From: Candidatus Aenigmatarchaeota archaeon
GTDB taxonomy: Archaea; Aenigmatarchaeota; Aenigmatarchaeia; PWEA01; JACQIF01
DNA: 64,000 nucleotides
Direction of reading: 5' to 3'
NCBI GenBank assembly: GCA_016432325.1
Contig: CP066684.1
Span: 512,001 to 576,000, forward strand
This document shows positions 18,471-28,086 of the stretch, piece by piece. Numbering within the stretch: the stretch's first letter is position 1; each line of letters starts with the position of its first letter. The position numbers were made by a program, and so were the translations under genes. The notes under the pieces are model-generated. The model was not told the DNA's origin and did no database searches. It saw only the letters and a list, made by a program, of their open reading frames with translations.

Positions 18471-19700
18471 TTACCGGCGGCTGTTCCTGCAGGCGCTGCG
18501 TCCAGCATGGCGGGCTTGGCCATTGGTGGGTCTCGACAACTCGACCAGAAGCTCGTTGTGCTTCCTGAGTATCTCGTCGTTCGCGGCATGCAGGGTGGAC
18601 GTGAACTCCTCTATCTCCCCGAGGGCGCTGGTATCGTTGACAAACTCGTCGACTCTGCGGACTTTCCTTAGGCTTGCCAACGTATTGATGCCGAAGGATT
18701 TCAGGTCCGTAATGGACGCCAGATATCCAGCGTATCTCGTGTCGAAAGGAGACCCATCCTGAGGAAGCTCGCTTCTCTGTATTCGGGGTAGCCCTGCGTC
18801 GATGTTGTACATGTTCTTCAGCAGGCCGCCTGTCAGGAAACCGCTTATCGGATGCGCACGGGCTCGCGGGGCATCCATGCCGTCTGCATAGTAGTCGTAG
18901 GGTGACGTATCCCAGACGGACGTGAGAAGCTTCTTTTGACCCAGCTCGCCTGTCATGTAACCAAAGCCCAAATTGGCTTCCAGATTGGGCCCCTTGCGAG
19001 AGTGCGCCGTCAGGACCTTCGGAACCCAGTCCGAACGGCGCTCCGTCACCCTGTCGCCGAAAACGTTAAGTGTCTGCTTCCCCCATGGCTTGATGGGAAA
19101 CTCCGGATCGAATCCCAGCACCTGCTCCGGCGGTCTCTTGGCCTTTTTGACCATTCCGTGCGCTCGCATGGAAAGCGCGGCTGTGAAAATGGGCATATAC
19201 GCATCCAACGCAAAACGATACGTCGCTATCTTGTCCACCGAGTCGCACGGCGTCACGACCATCAACGGGGCTTCGCCGAAATGCCTCTGCCGCAGGGATT
19301 CGTGCTCGTTGTCAGCATGAAGCGGGTGCGCGGACTCTATCGGCGGCAGGTCGAACGGACGGTAGCCCTCGCGCTCTGACCTGCCGTTGAATTGGTGGAA
19401 GAACTTCTTGTAAAAGTGCCAGCGGGCATTGTATATGGACTCCAATATCCCTCCTCCGGGAATCAGGGTTATTTCGTCGCCATATTTTTTCCTCACGTAA
19501 GAGGAGACGGCCTTTTCGTGCCTGTTGCCCACCGAGACTGCGATGTCTGATATGCCTGCCGCCCGAAGGCACCTGATTTTGACGTCAAGTACCTTTTCCC
19601 CATCCACCTCGGCCAGACCTTTCGGAACCCTGCCGCCGGCGAAACGCCTGTTGTTCCCGGCCGTAAGAATGACCGCCTTGGCCTCTTTCCTTGCGTTCAT
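18471..19700 (-). CDS. N-terminal nucleotidyltransferase-like domain plus unknown C-terminal region
   Basis: KAVILTAGNNRRF...PKGLAEVDG. Confidence 0.7.
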   Translation of the reverse strand: MNARKEAKAVILTAGNNRRFAGGRVPKGLAEVDGEKVLDVKIRCLRAAGISDIAVSVGNRHEKAVSSYVRKKYGDEITLIPGGGILESIYNARWHFYKKFFHQFNGRSEREGYRPFDLPPIESAHPLHADNEHESLRQRHFGEAPLMVVTPCDSVDKIATYRFALDAYMPIFTAALSMRAHGMVKKAKRPPEQVLGFDPEFPIKPWGKQTLNVFGDRVTERRSDWVPKVLTAHSRKGPNLEANLGFGYMTGELGQKKLLTSVWDTSPYDYYADGMDAPRARAHPISGFLTGGLLKNMYNIDAGLPRIQRSELPQDGSPFDTRYAGYLASITDLKSFGINTLASLRKVRRVDEFVNDTSALGEIEEFTSTLHAANDEILRKHNELLVELSRPTNGQARHAGRSACRNSRR

Positions 19701-19724
19701 GGCATTATTGGGTTGCTTAACGTC

Positions 19725-20525
19725 TTAAGGACCTCTGTGACCGCCAGACGGGTTGTCTTGCTGGGGGTCCAGCAATACAAGAACTTCCCCTATCATGTCG
19801 CCTCTCTCTGTGAGAGAGACCTCGAATAGCCTGTTGCTCACTTTTCGCGTCTTGACGAAGCCGCTGTCGCGCAGGCGCGTGAAGGTCTTCGACAGTTTGA
19901 CTATGCCAGAGCTGTTCTTTTTTATGTTCGTGCCCAGCGCCTTCAGGCCTATCTCCTGAGCCATCGCCGCCAGGCGTCCGCGGACGACCCCCCCCCTCTT
20001 TCTCATGTAGACAAGGACGTCGCTGCCGGGTCTCGGAGGAAGGTCGAGACCTATCGGCAAGTCTATCTGCCGTGTGCCTACGGCGCCTGTGGGGGAGAAG
20101 AATTCGTATGCCCCGTGCTTGTCCGCTCCCCACCTCGTGGGCTCCACCCAAAAGACCTTTGATCCGGTGAGGTTGGCGGCCAGCAACGTCGCTATCGAGA
20201 GCGGTATGCTGCAACCGTGGATGTTTATTATCACTTCCTTTCCCTGCCTTCTCTCCGTCATCATCAGCTCGACCAGCTTGGGGAACGAGTCGTGAAAGTC
20301 AAAGAACGACATCTTCACGTGGCTTGTGGTCTGCGCGACCCAGCCGAGCATCTCTTTCTTCAGCGTCTTGACCATCTGTTCCACGGTCTTTCTCTTGCGA
20401 TCGTCGTCCTCCTTCGCGGAGATGAAATAGACCTTGTGCGGGATGTAGCGCCTCAGCAGGTACTTGAGCCTCGGCATCTGGAGCGACGACCCTAAGAATA
20501 TTATCTGCACAGTTTCCGCTTTCAT
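19725..20525 (-). CDS. CARF-like plus winged-HTH transcriptional regulator (DUF6293/Csa3-like)
   Basis: Rossmann-like N-terminus (KVYFI, IINIHGCS...ATLLAA); C-terminal wHTH (LRDSGFV...VSLTERG). Confidence 0.7.
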   Translation of the reverse strand: MKAETVQIIFLGSSLQMPRLKYLLRRYIPHKVYFISAKEDDDRKRKTVEQMVKTLKKEMLGWVAQTTSHVKMSFFDFHDSFPKLVELMMTERRQGKEVIINIHGCSIPLSIATLLAANLTGSKVFWVEPTRWGADKHGAYEFFSPTGAVGTRQIDLPIGLDLPPRPGSDVLVYMRKRGGVVRGRLAAMAQEIGLKALGTNIKKNSSGIVKLSKTFTRLRDSGFVKTRKVSNRLFEVSLTERGDMIGEVLVLLDPQQDNPSGGHRGP

Positions 20526-20697
20526 CCAGTATCCCCGCGGACTCCTCTAGCCACTCTTTCAATAAAGGCTTGCATTAGTATTTTGCGTTAATGCGCTCTT
20601 ATAGGCTAATGTTATCGTCAGAGCCGCCCCGTTACTCGCAGCCTCTTTAATGGGCCCGCGGGGAACTAAGCTGACCGGTCATAAGGGGGTGATTTTT

Positions 20698-20859
20698 ATG
20701 GCTGAACTCGCTGTAGCCAGGATCGCGGAGCACGGCGGAATAGACGAAGAGACTGCGCAACAACTGTTCGACATGTGGACAGAGGAGAATGCAGGCGGAC
20801 GGCGCCACTGCTGGCCTGTCGTGGACGAGAGGCACCTGAAAGGTGAGCCCGGTGTCTAA
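20698..20859 (+). CDS. small hypothetical protein
   Basis: GGGGTGA RBS; overlaps the next ORF. Confidence 0.5.
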   Translation: MAELAVARIAEHGGIDEETAQQLFDMWTEENAGGRRHCWPVVDERHLKGEPGV

Positions 20860-21124
20860 GAGCGGCTGCCTTGGCATAGGCGCCTCTTTCGGCGTCGTTT
20901 CCCTTGCGTTTGCCACGCGGGAGACCCGGTTCCCTGCGAGCAGGGAGTCCCTGCTCGAACACCTGAAGAATCGCAAGATTCTCTGGACGCGAAAGAGGAT
21001 AGTGGATATCCACCGCGTATTGCTCGAGACCGACGTGGACAACGTCGAAAGCTTCGCGGACCTGCTCTCTATAGTAGCGAACTACGAGGATCCAAGGATC
21101 AGGAAACTGAACGAATTCGGATGA
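20843..21124 (+). CDS. hypothetical protein
   Basis: 93 aa with FPASRESLL motif; operonic. Confidence 0.6.
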   Translation: MSPVSKSGCLGIGASFGVVSLAFATRETRFPASRESLLEHLKNRKILWTRKRIVDIHRVLLETDVDNVESFADLLSIVANYEDPRIRKLNEFG

Positions 21125-21142
21125 CTCTCGCGTGGTGATTCA

Positions 21143-21772
21143 ATGGGCTACTCAGACTCTCTCGCCAAGTGGTTTTTCGAACACGGAGCAGTTTCTGTCG
21201 CGTGCGAGGAGGAGCTTCTCTGGTACGCGGACCACCCTCCTGTGAGGCTGGATGTCCAGAGACTCCTTTCCGACGGATCCGGCGCCAAGATAGTCGTGGA
21301 TGGCATGGCGCATATCGTACGCGAACGGAAGATGAAATACGAACGCATACTGGGAGCGAAGCAGGAAGACGACTCTCTTGCGCTGCGTATCGCAGACAAG
21401 TTGAAATGCGGACACTCCCGCAGATTCGCGTCCGACACGAACGTCCTTATAGTTTCCGGGTGTCTCGGCGATTGCACTACCGAAACAAGAAAGATTCGGA
21501 CTCTCAGGGACCTGGGAGCCAACATAGATAATCTCCTGTCGGTGTTCGATTACCAGCTGCCTGAGGCAAGAGAACGGCTTGACGGGAGAATGCCGCCGCA
21601 CAGAAACGAGAGATCCCTGAACTATCCGTGCATGCCGTTTGCATTGCTGACGTTTAACCAGCTGGCCGCATACGCCGAGAAACGCGGGCTGTGGCCGGCA
21701 GACACGCTGTCGGGCCTGAGAAGCGTCCACGAAGAAAAGATAGCAGAGTCTATCCTGACAAAACGAGCATGA
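21143..21772 (+). CDS. degenerate orotate phosphoribosyltransferase-like protein
   Basis: PyrE-like layout (P..LD..RLLS, VLIV, LRDLGA, SVFDY) but PRPP-binding DD replaced by SG. Confidence 0.55.
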   Translation: MGYSDSLAKWFFEHGAVSVACEEELLWYADHPPVRLDVQRLLSDGSGAKIVVDGMAHIVRERKMKYERILGAKQEDDSLALRIADKLKCGHSRRFASDTNVLIVSGCLGDCTTETRKIRTLRDLGANIDNLLSVFDYQLPEARERLDGRMPPHRNERSLNYPCMPFALLTFNQLAAYAEKRGLWPADTLSGLRSVHEEKIAESILTKRA

Positions 21773-21790
21773 CTCAACGCCGACTGCACA

Positions 21791-22993
21791 TCAGGAGAAC
21801 AGGGTTATCTCGTCTTCTGTCAACCCTGCATTGGACAGCTGCGCCGCGAACTCGGGGTCGTTCCTGACCATCACGGAAAGGAGCGGCGCCACATCGCGCA
21901 CGATCTTCCTCGAGGACGCGTGCACCTGCGGCGTCAGCTTCTCGCAGGCCGAACGCATCGCGTTGCGCCTGGCCCGCGTGCGCGCGTAGGCGATGAGCCT
22001 CTGCGGCGGTGCGTAGCGCGTGAACTTCTCGTACGCGCCGCGCTTCGCGAGCGCGACTCCGCCGCACATCACGTCCCGCATGTATTTCATGAATCTCCAG
22101 TTTTGGTACTTGCGCACGCGCGAGTGCATCACGTCCGCGGCGGCCAGCGCCTCGAACGCCTTTGCGATTTCCTGCGGATCCCCGTATTCGTTCGTGATAT
22201 TCTGCTCGAGCCACCAGAACATTTCCTCGGTGTCCTTGTCTATGCGTTCTATCGCGTCGACGGCCGTCGTGAGCGTGCGCGTCTTGAATATTATGCGCAT
22301 CGCCTCGAAGACGTTCTGCTCCTGCTCCCTGTAACCGAGCGCGTCGGCGTGTCCCTTTTCTATCTTCTTCCTGCCGATTGAAAGGGTCTCCATGTCGGTC
22401 AAAGCCGCGCGGAAATCCCCGCCGGAGGTGCGCGCGACGTGTTTGAGCGCGTCGTCGTCGCATTCTATTCCTTCTATCTTGCATATCGTGCGCAGGCGCG
22501 CGACCATGCTGTTTAGATGGACCTTCCCGAATGGAATCATCGCGACGTGGCTTCGCAGCGTCTTGAGCTTCTCGTCGTAGGGATCGTTGGCAGTGAGCGC
22601 GACGGGGAAACGGGATTCCCCGAGAATCTTTATCAGCGCGCCGACTCCTCCGCGGTCTTCCTTGCCGGAAAGGCCGTCTACTTCGTCCACAAGAATTATC
22701 TTGCCTCTGCGAAAAATACTCTGCTGCCTTGACGCACCTCCCAGAAGCGCTTGCATGGCCTCGGCATTGCGGGTATCCGACGCGTTTATTTCTATTATGT
22801 CAAGGCTTCGCTCCCTGGCCAGCGCGTGCACAAGCGAGGTCTTTCCTGTTCCGGGACCGCCGTGAAGAAGCGCGGCCTGCGAACCCGGCTGCCAAGAGTC
22901 ATACCAGTACAGGAACGCGTCCATGGCCTTCGACTGTCCTATCATTTCGTTCAGTTTCTTTGGAGAATACCTGTCAACCCATCTGTTCGTAAT
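21791..22993 (-). CDS. rfcL: replication factor C large subunit (probable ATT start)
   Basis: GGPGTGKT, EINASD, LVDEVDG; in-frame WVDRYSPKKL lies upstream of the first ATG at 22945. Confidence 0.92.
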   Translation of the reverse strand: MTNRWVDRYSPKKLNEMIGQSKAMDAFLYWYDSWQPGSQAALLHGGPGTGKTSLVHALARERSLDIIEINASDTRNAEAMQALLGGASRQQSIFRRGKIILVDEVDGLSGKEDRGGVGALIKILGESRFPVALTANDPYDEKLKTLRSHVAMIPFGKVHLNSMVARLRTICKIEGIECDDDALKHVARTSGGDFRAALTDMETLSIGRKKIEKGHADALGYREQEQNVFEAMRIIFKTRTLTTAVDAIERIDKDTEEMFWWLEQNITNEYGDPQEIAKAFEALAAADVMHSRVRKYQNWRFMKYMRDVMCGGVALAKRGAYEKFTRYAPPQRLIAYARTRARRNAMRSACEKLTPQVHASSRKIVRDVAPLLSVMVRNDPEFAAQLSNAGLTEDEITLFS

Positions 22994-23493
22994 GAACCGC
23001 CTCCGTCAGAATCCACTTTCCTTACAACAAGCGGCGGCATCGCCAGCACCGCCATCAATATTCCGTGTGCGTCTATCCCCTTATCCGTTAGGACGTATGA
23101 ATACAACAACTTTTCACGACCTTCCACGCGGAACCTGTCCGTATAGCCTGTCTCGGAAAGCGTTCCCAGCGCGTGTCTCACGACACCTCTGACAGCCGTG
23201 TCCTTGCGCGTGTCTACTACCACCTCGTTCATAGGAAGGTATGTATGCTCGAGGCCGTCGCAACTCCTTATTTCGTCGTACCCATCCACTAGAGCGCTGG
23301 TTAGACGGCGAACATTTATCGGGCTGCGCGGTTTCATGCTCCTAACGGTGGCAATATAACAGTTACTCCTTTCCGAAATAGAAAGAGGGGCCGGCTCAGG
23401 ACGGCATATGATTCCTTCAAATTCCTGAAGACACGTGTCTCTCGAGCGCCTGATAGCCGCAAACTCGCCCGGCTGCATCTTCTTTGTCATCAC
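22951..23493 (-). CDS. hypothetical protein between rfcS and rfcL
   Basis: 180-aa ORF overlapping the rfcS stop. Confidence 0.55.
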   Translation of the reverse strand: MMTKKMQPGEFAAIRRSRDTCLQEFEGIICRPEPAPLSISERSNCYIATVRSMKPRSPINVRRLTSALVDGYDEIRSCDGLEHTYLPMNEVVVDTRKDTAVRGVVRHALGTLSETGYTDRFRVEGREKLLYSYVLTDKGIDAHGILMAVLAMPPLVVRKVDSDGGGSLRTDGLTGILQRN

Positions 23494-24437
23494 AGCACCC
23501 CGAGCTTCGCAAGATACGCCTCCAGCTGTATCATCTGGTCGCCGCCTGAATCGATGCGGAACTCGCAGTCTCCGAGCGCCTCAATCATCCTCAATTTCTT
23601 CGCCTCTTCCACCGTCAGACCGTATATCGTGCGATGTATCTCTTTCACGACATCCTCGCCGGATATTCCTTGGTTCACGAGAATGTCGTACAGCTTCTTG
23701 CGCGCGTCCTGGAAGTTCCTTTCCACGGCAAACATAACCATCTCCTTCACGTCCTCGGGACGCGCCTGCGCAGCGACTGCGTATACGCTCTCATCGGTAA
23801 CTTCTTTTCCATGCACCGCGCACGCCTGCAGCAGATTTATCGAGCGCCGCATGTCTCCCTCGGTGATGTGCATTATCGCGTCCAGTCCTTCCGTCGAGAT
23901 GCGAACGCCCTCTGTTTTGGATATGTGTTCTAGCATCTCCTTTGCTTCGCCTGCTTTCAGGCGCGAGAAGCGGAACACGGCGCATCTCGACTGTATCGGA
24001 TCTATGATTCGCGAAGAGTAGTTGGCGCTCAGAATGAAGCGCGTGGTGTTGGTGTAGTTCTCCATCGTCCTGCGCAAAGCCTGCTGCGCTTCAGGCGTCA
24101 GCGCGTCGGCCTCGTCCAGAAGTATTATCTTGAAGGGGGCATTTCCTATAGTGCGCGTCCGCGCGAAGTCCTTGACCTGATTGCGTATGACGTCGATGCC
24201 TCTCGCATCAGACGCGTTCAGTTCCAGATAGCTGGCCTTCCACCCGTCGCCGTAAAGTTCGTGCGCTATGCAGAGGGCGGCCGTTGTTTTTCCCGTGCCG
24301 GCCGGCCCGGCGAAAAGCATATGCGGTACGCCTTTTTCTTTTACAAATCCTTTTAGCCTGGAGACTATCTCCTTGTGGCCGACAATCTCGTCCAGCTTCT
24401 TAGGCCTGTACTTCTCCGACCAAATCTCCAAACCCAC
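23490..24437 (-). CDS. rfcS: replication factor C small subunit
   Basis: WSEKYRP, GPAGTGKTT, ELNASDARG, DEAD, SRC. Confidence 0.97.
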   Translation of the reverse strand: MGLEIWSEKYRPKKLDEIVGHKEIVSRLKGFVKEKGVPHMLFAGPAGTGKTTAALCIAHELYGDGWKASYLELNASDARGIDVIRNQVKDFARTRTIGNAPFKIILLDEADALTPEAQQALRRTMENYTNTTRFILSANYSSRIIDPIQSRCAVFRFSRLKAGEAKEMLEHISKTEGVRISTEGLDAIMHITEGDMRRSINLLQACAVHGKEVTDESVYAVAAQARPEDVKEMVMFAVERNFQDARKKLYDILVNQGISGEDVVKEIHRTIYGLTVEEAKKLRMIEALGDCEFRIDSGGDQMIQLEAYLAKLGVL

Positions 24438-24516
24438 ACCCCACTTTAAGGTTTATCTGTTGGCCTCTCATATTTTAATACGTGTTAAGCAGGGGGCCGT
24501 TTGCAATGGTGATTCT

Positions 24517-25026
24517 ATGATAATCGCGGTCAGCGGCACTCCCGGAACAGGGAAGACCGAAGTTGCGCGTCTTCTGGCCGCGCTCTTGGACTACTCATAC
24601 ATAGACCTCAATGAGCTCTGCGAGCATGCAGGCCTTATCTCTGGAGTGGATCGCGCGCGCGACGCGAAACTGGTAGATACGAACAAACTCAAGACTCTCC
24701 ACGTCTCGGACAACGCTGTCGTCGACGGCCATCTGGCGCATTACCTGAAGGCAGACGTTTACGTGATACTGCGCGCAAATCCTGACGTCGTCAGACAGCG
24801 AATGGAGCAGAGAGGATGGAATCCGAAGAAAGTCGGAGAGAATGTGGAAGCAGAACTTATCGGCGTGTGTTCTGTGGAAGCGCGCGAACTGTGGGATAAC
24901 GTAATGGACGTCGACACGTCGACGCTCATGCCTCAAAAGGCCGCGCGGATGATATACAACTGGATCATGCGCAAGCGCTTCGCGAACGACCCGATAGACT
25001 GGACACTGAAGGGGTACGAGCCTTAG
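24517..25026 (+). CDS. adenylate kinase, AK6/Fap7 family
   Basis: IIAVSGTPGTGKT, VVDGH, RGW...KV.EN..AE. Confidence 0.9.
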   Translation: MIIAVSGTPGTGKTEVARLLAALLDYSYIDLNELCEHAGLISGVDRARDAKLVDTNKLKTLHVSDNAVVDGHLAHYLKADVYVILRANPDVVRQRMEQRGWNPKKVGENVEAELIGVCSVEARELWDNVMDVDTSTLMPQKAARMIYNWIMRKRFANDPIDWTLKGYEP

Positions 25027-25064
25027 GAAAGTTTAAGTATTAGGACGCCGTTTTCTTCGCGGGG

Positions 25065-25904
25065 ATGTGGATGAATCTGATGAACACCGCAAAAACGTTC
25101 GCGCTGCTCAGCGTACTCACAGGAATCCTTCTTGCCATAGGTTACTACGTCGGCGGCTCCTCTGGCGTGCTCGTCGCGTTCGCGCTTTCTGTCGTGATAA
25201 ACTTCGTCTCGTACTGGTGGTCTGACAAGATTGTGCTGAAGATGTACGGCGCCAAGACTGTCGAACGCAAGGACGCTCCGTGGTTGCACGACACAGTCGA
25301 ACGCCTCTGTAAGGACGCGGGTCTTCCGAAACCGCCCATCTATCTCGTACGAACGAATGCGCCCAACGCCTTCGCGACAGGCCGCAACCCGCAACACGCG
25401 GCAGTTGCCGTTACAACCGGCCTCATGGACGCCCTTGAAAAAGACGAGGTGGCGGCCGTGCTCGCGCACGAAATAGGCCACGTCGCCAATAGGGACACTC
25501 TCATTTCCACGATGGCCGCGACTCTCGCCGGCGCGATAACGTGGATAGCTCACGCGGCCCTTTTCGCCGGAGACAGGAACCGCAGCGCCGCCGGTGCGCT
25601 CGCCATGATGATAGTAGTTCCCATAGCCGCCTCTCTCGTACGTCTTGCAATCTCGCGCTCGCGCGAGTTCGGGGCCGACACGTTCGGCGCGCACGTCTCC
25701 GGCCAACCGCTGAAACTCGCATCCGCGCTGCAGAAGATAGAGCACGCCGCGCGCGGCGTCCGCATGAACGCCGAGCCCGCGACGGCGCACATGTTCATAA
25801 TCAACCCTCTGACCGCCGAGAACCTCGCAGGCCTGTTTTCCACGCATCCGCCGACGGCCGAGCGCGTCAGACGGTTGAAGGAAATGGCCAAGGAAGGGTC
25901 CTAG
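25065..25904 (+). CDS. htpX: zinc metalloprotease HtpX
   Basis: PNAFATGR, HEIGH, SRSREFGAD, FSTHPP. Confidence 0.95.
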   Translation: MWMNLMNTAKTFALLSVLTGILLAIGYYVGGSSGVLVAFALSVVINFVSYWWSDKIVLKMYGAKTVERKDAPWLHDTVERLCKDAGLPKPPIYLVRTNAPNAFATGRNPQHAAVAVTTGLMDALEKDEVAAVLAHEIGHVANRDTLISTMAATLAGAITWIAHAALFAGDRNRSAAGALAMMIVVPIAASLVRLAISRSREFGADTFGAHVSGQPLKLASALQKIEHAARGVRMNAEPATAHMFIINPLTAENLAGLFSTHPPTAERVRRLKEMAKEGS

Positions 25905-25942
25905 GGCATTTATATACTTGTTACTAGCTAGTAGTACTAGGT

Positions 25943-26626
25943 GTGGTCATGGAACGCATAGTCTACGGCATAGGCGAGGTTCACGACTGGGCGCCGCGGC
26001 TGGACAACGCGATGGCGGCATTTGCTTCCATCACGGCCAAGATGTCGCCCGACACGGAGGAAAGCGGTCTTCTCGCAAAACGCGCCCACACGTTCAGAGC
26101 AAGCGCGGACGGCACTTCCAGGCAAATAATGAAACGAAATCTGGCTGCAAGAAGAATTCTCGACTATATCCAACCCGAAGTGGTGTTTGTTGAAAGGGGT
26201 TCGGATGGTCTCAGGGCTGCCGGGTATGGCGGCTCCGTGGTTCAGATGGACCCCTATGTTCCGGCCATGGCAGAATACCAGAAAGGGGTCGAAAAGTCGA
26301 CGGCGAGAGTGTACGAACTGGCCGGCGGTCTGAGAGAAATCTCCGATATCTTGAGAACATCCGTCTCCGAGGAGGAAATCGAGGAGTGCAAGGCCCTTTC
26401 CGTGGCGATTGCAACAGAAGCGTTCCGTGAGCTGACAGAATGCCAGAAGACACTGCCTCCGTCGGAGGAGCGCGAGCTCGTCTGGACAGACGTCATAGAC
26501 AAGAACTGGAGAAAGAACGCCGTTGTCTGGGTCGGCGCCGCGCATCTCCGATCAGACGCGCTGCCTTCTCGGCTCATGGAACGCGGGATTGAAACGCGCG
26601 TGCTTCACTCTGATAGTATGGAATAG
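25943..26626 (+). CDS. hypothetical protein, TraB/ChaN/EreA-like motifs
   Basis: GIGEVH, PEVVFVE, VWVGAAHL. Confidence 0.6.
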   Translation: MVMERIVYGIGEVHDWAPRLDNAMAAFASITAKMSPDTEESGLLAKRAHTFRASADGTSRQIMKRNLAARRILDYIQPEVVFVERGSDGLRAAGYGGSVVQMDPYVPAMAEYQKGVEKSTARVYELAGGLREISDILRTSVSEEEIEECKALSVAIATEAFRELTECQKTLPPSEERELVWTDVIDKNWRKNAVVWVGAAHLRSDALPSRLMERGIETRVLHSDSME

Positions 26627-26657
26627 GCGAGCGCGCGTGGCGTTTAAGTAGATTCCT

Positions 26658-27038
26658 GTGTTCTTTCATAACATGGGACCGGAGAATCTGAAGACTGACT
26701 GGAACATTGCGACCTCTGATGTATCCATCCCCGGCGGCTATGCGCTGGCCGGCGTGTGGACAGGTTGTTTACTTCAGCCGGGAATCCCCGACGAGGTGAG
26801 GATGTCGGGTGCTCTGATCGATGCCGCGCTGCTTTTCACGTCCACACTCATATTGGGGAAGGTCTATGGCGCTTACAATAATATCGCTAAACGTATCGAC
26901 GAAACGGGACCCAGTTTCAAGCACATGCGTCCTGGTATATTTAGAAAACTGTCACGCATAGCGGCCGAAGAGAGAGGCAAACTTGCAGAATACAACGCCG
27001 CGCTGAAGGATTACGAGAGCCTCATGCAGACGCCTTGA
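26658..27038 (+). CDS. hypothetical membrane protein
   Basis: Two hydrophobic segments. Confidence 0.55.
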   Translation: MFFHNMGPENLKTDWNIATSDVSIPGGYALAGVWTGCLLQPGIPDEVRMSGALIDAALLFTSTLILGKVYGAYNNIAKRIDETGPSFKHMRPGIFRKLSRIAAEERGKLAEYNAALKDYESLMQTP

Positions 27039-27080
27039 TGGCGTTTAAATAGACTTCCGACAATGAGTTCTCTGATTCCA

Positions 27081-27248
27081 ATGTCCAAAGACATCGCGTA
27101 CGCGCGCCTGTTCAGCAGCGTATACATCTGCATGCACTGCAACGCCAAGATACGCGCGCAGGGCGCCAAGGTGAAGCTGGGGAAGATTAAGTGCAGGAAG
27201 TGCGGCTCGAACGCGCTGCGCGTCAAGAGCAAGGAGTCGAGGGGTTAG
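27081..27248 (+). CDS. rpl40e: 50S ribosomal protein L40e
   Basis: ICMHCNAK...KCRKCG..LR.K. Confidence 0.9.
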   Translation: MSKDIAYARLFSSVYICMHCNAKIRAQGAKVKLGKIKCRKCGSNALRVKSKESRG

Positions 27249-27249
27249 G

Positions 27250-27591
27250 ATGGAACAGCGCAAGGTAAACGTCACCGTGGACCACACAGAGCCCGCGTTC
27301 TTCGCCGACACGCTCACCGTGACGCACGGTCAGGAGAAATTCATTCTGGACTTCACGCAAGCAGTACCGCGCTTCGACACCATAGGCGAGGAGCGCCACC
27401 AGACAATCAACATCAAGCACAAGACACTCGTACTGGATCCGAAGGTGGCAAAGTCGATCCTGAATGTTCTGAAGGAAAACCTCGAAAGATACGAGCAGAG
27501 GTTCGGCCAGATAAAGACTCCCAAGCCGAAGAAGGCCAAGAAGACGTCTGAGAAGCAGGCTCCGTCGAACGTTGCGAGCTATATAGGATAG
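27250..27591 (+). CDS. DUF3467-like protein
   Basis: FFAD..TV.H....FILDF.Q. Confidence 0.7.
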   Translation: MEQRKVNVTVDHTEPAFFADTLTVTHGQEKFILDFTQAVPRFDTIGEERHQTINIKHKTLVLDPKVAKSILNVLKENLERYEQRFGQIKTPKPKKAKKTSEKQAPSNVASYIG

Positions 27592-27630
27592 CATCGGAAA
27601 CCTTTTATACCGTTCGCGCGTACACGGCGC

Positions 27631-27936
27631 ATGGTTCTGGACAAGATTGCCGCGTACGTGAAAGAGCACGGCGTCACTAAATTCAAGTACCACACGTGGC
27701 GCAAGTTCGACAACGGCCGCGGGGAAATACGAATACTCGTATTGGACGACGGCGTGGCGCGCTGCGAATACCAGTGCGCGAAGTGCACGAACATCGGCTA
27801 CGTCGAGGCCGAATGGAAACGCCCGTTCTCGACGGCGTGCGCGAAGTGCGGCGCGAAGATTGCGGTTCCGAAGCTGCGAGACGCCATGAAGCGAGAGATG
27901 AAGAAAGGGTCTGCGGAAGCGGGCGGCGAAGAGTAG
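27631..27936 (+). CDS. zinc-ribbon protein
   Basis: CAKC...CAKCG. Confidence 0.7.
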   Translation: MVLDKIAAYVKEHGVTKFKYHTWRKFDNGRGEIRILVLDDGVARCEYQCAKCTNIGYVEAEWKRPFSTACAKCGAKIAVPKLRDAMKREMKKGSAEAGGEE

Positions 27937-27971
27937 GCTATATATTCCTTTTCTGTCTCGACCTTAATCAC

Positions 27972-28059
27972 GCCCCAGTGGCTCAGTGGTAGAGCGCTTC
28001 CTTGGTATTCAGGAACGAACAGGAAGAAGTCACGCGTTCAATTCGCGTCTGGGGCTCCA
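27972..28059 (+). tRNA. tRNA-Thr(GGU) with 13-nt canonical intron (28008-28020)
   Basis: GCCCCAG...CTTCC TT-GGT-A[intron]A GGAAG...ACGCG TTCAATT CGCGT CTGGGGC T CCA. Confidence 0.95.
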
Positions 28060-28086
28060 TTTATATCTCGCGCGCCAACTCTATGC

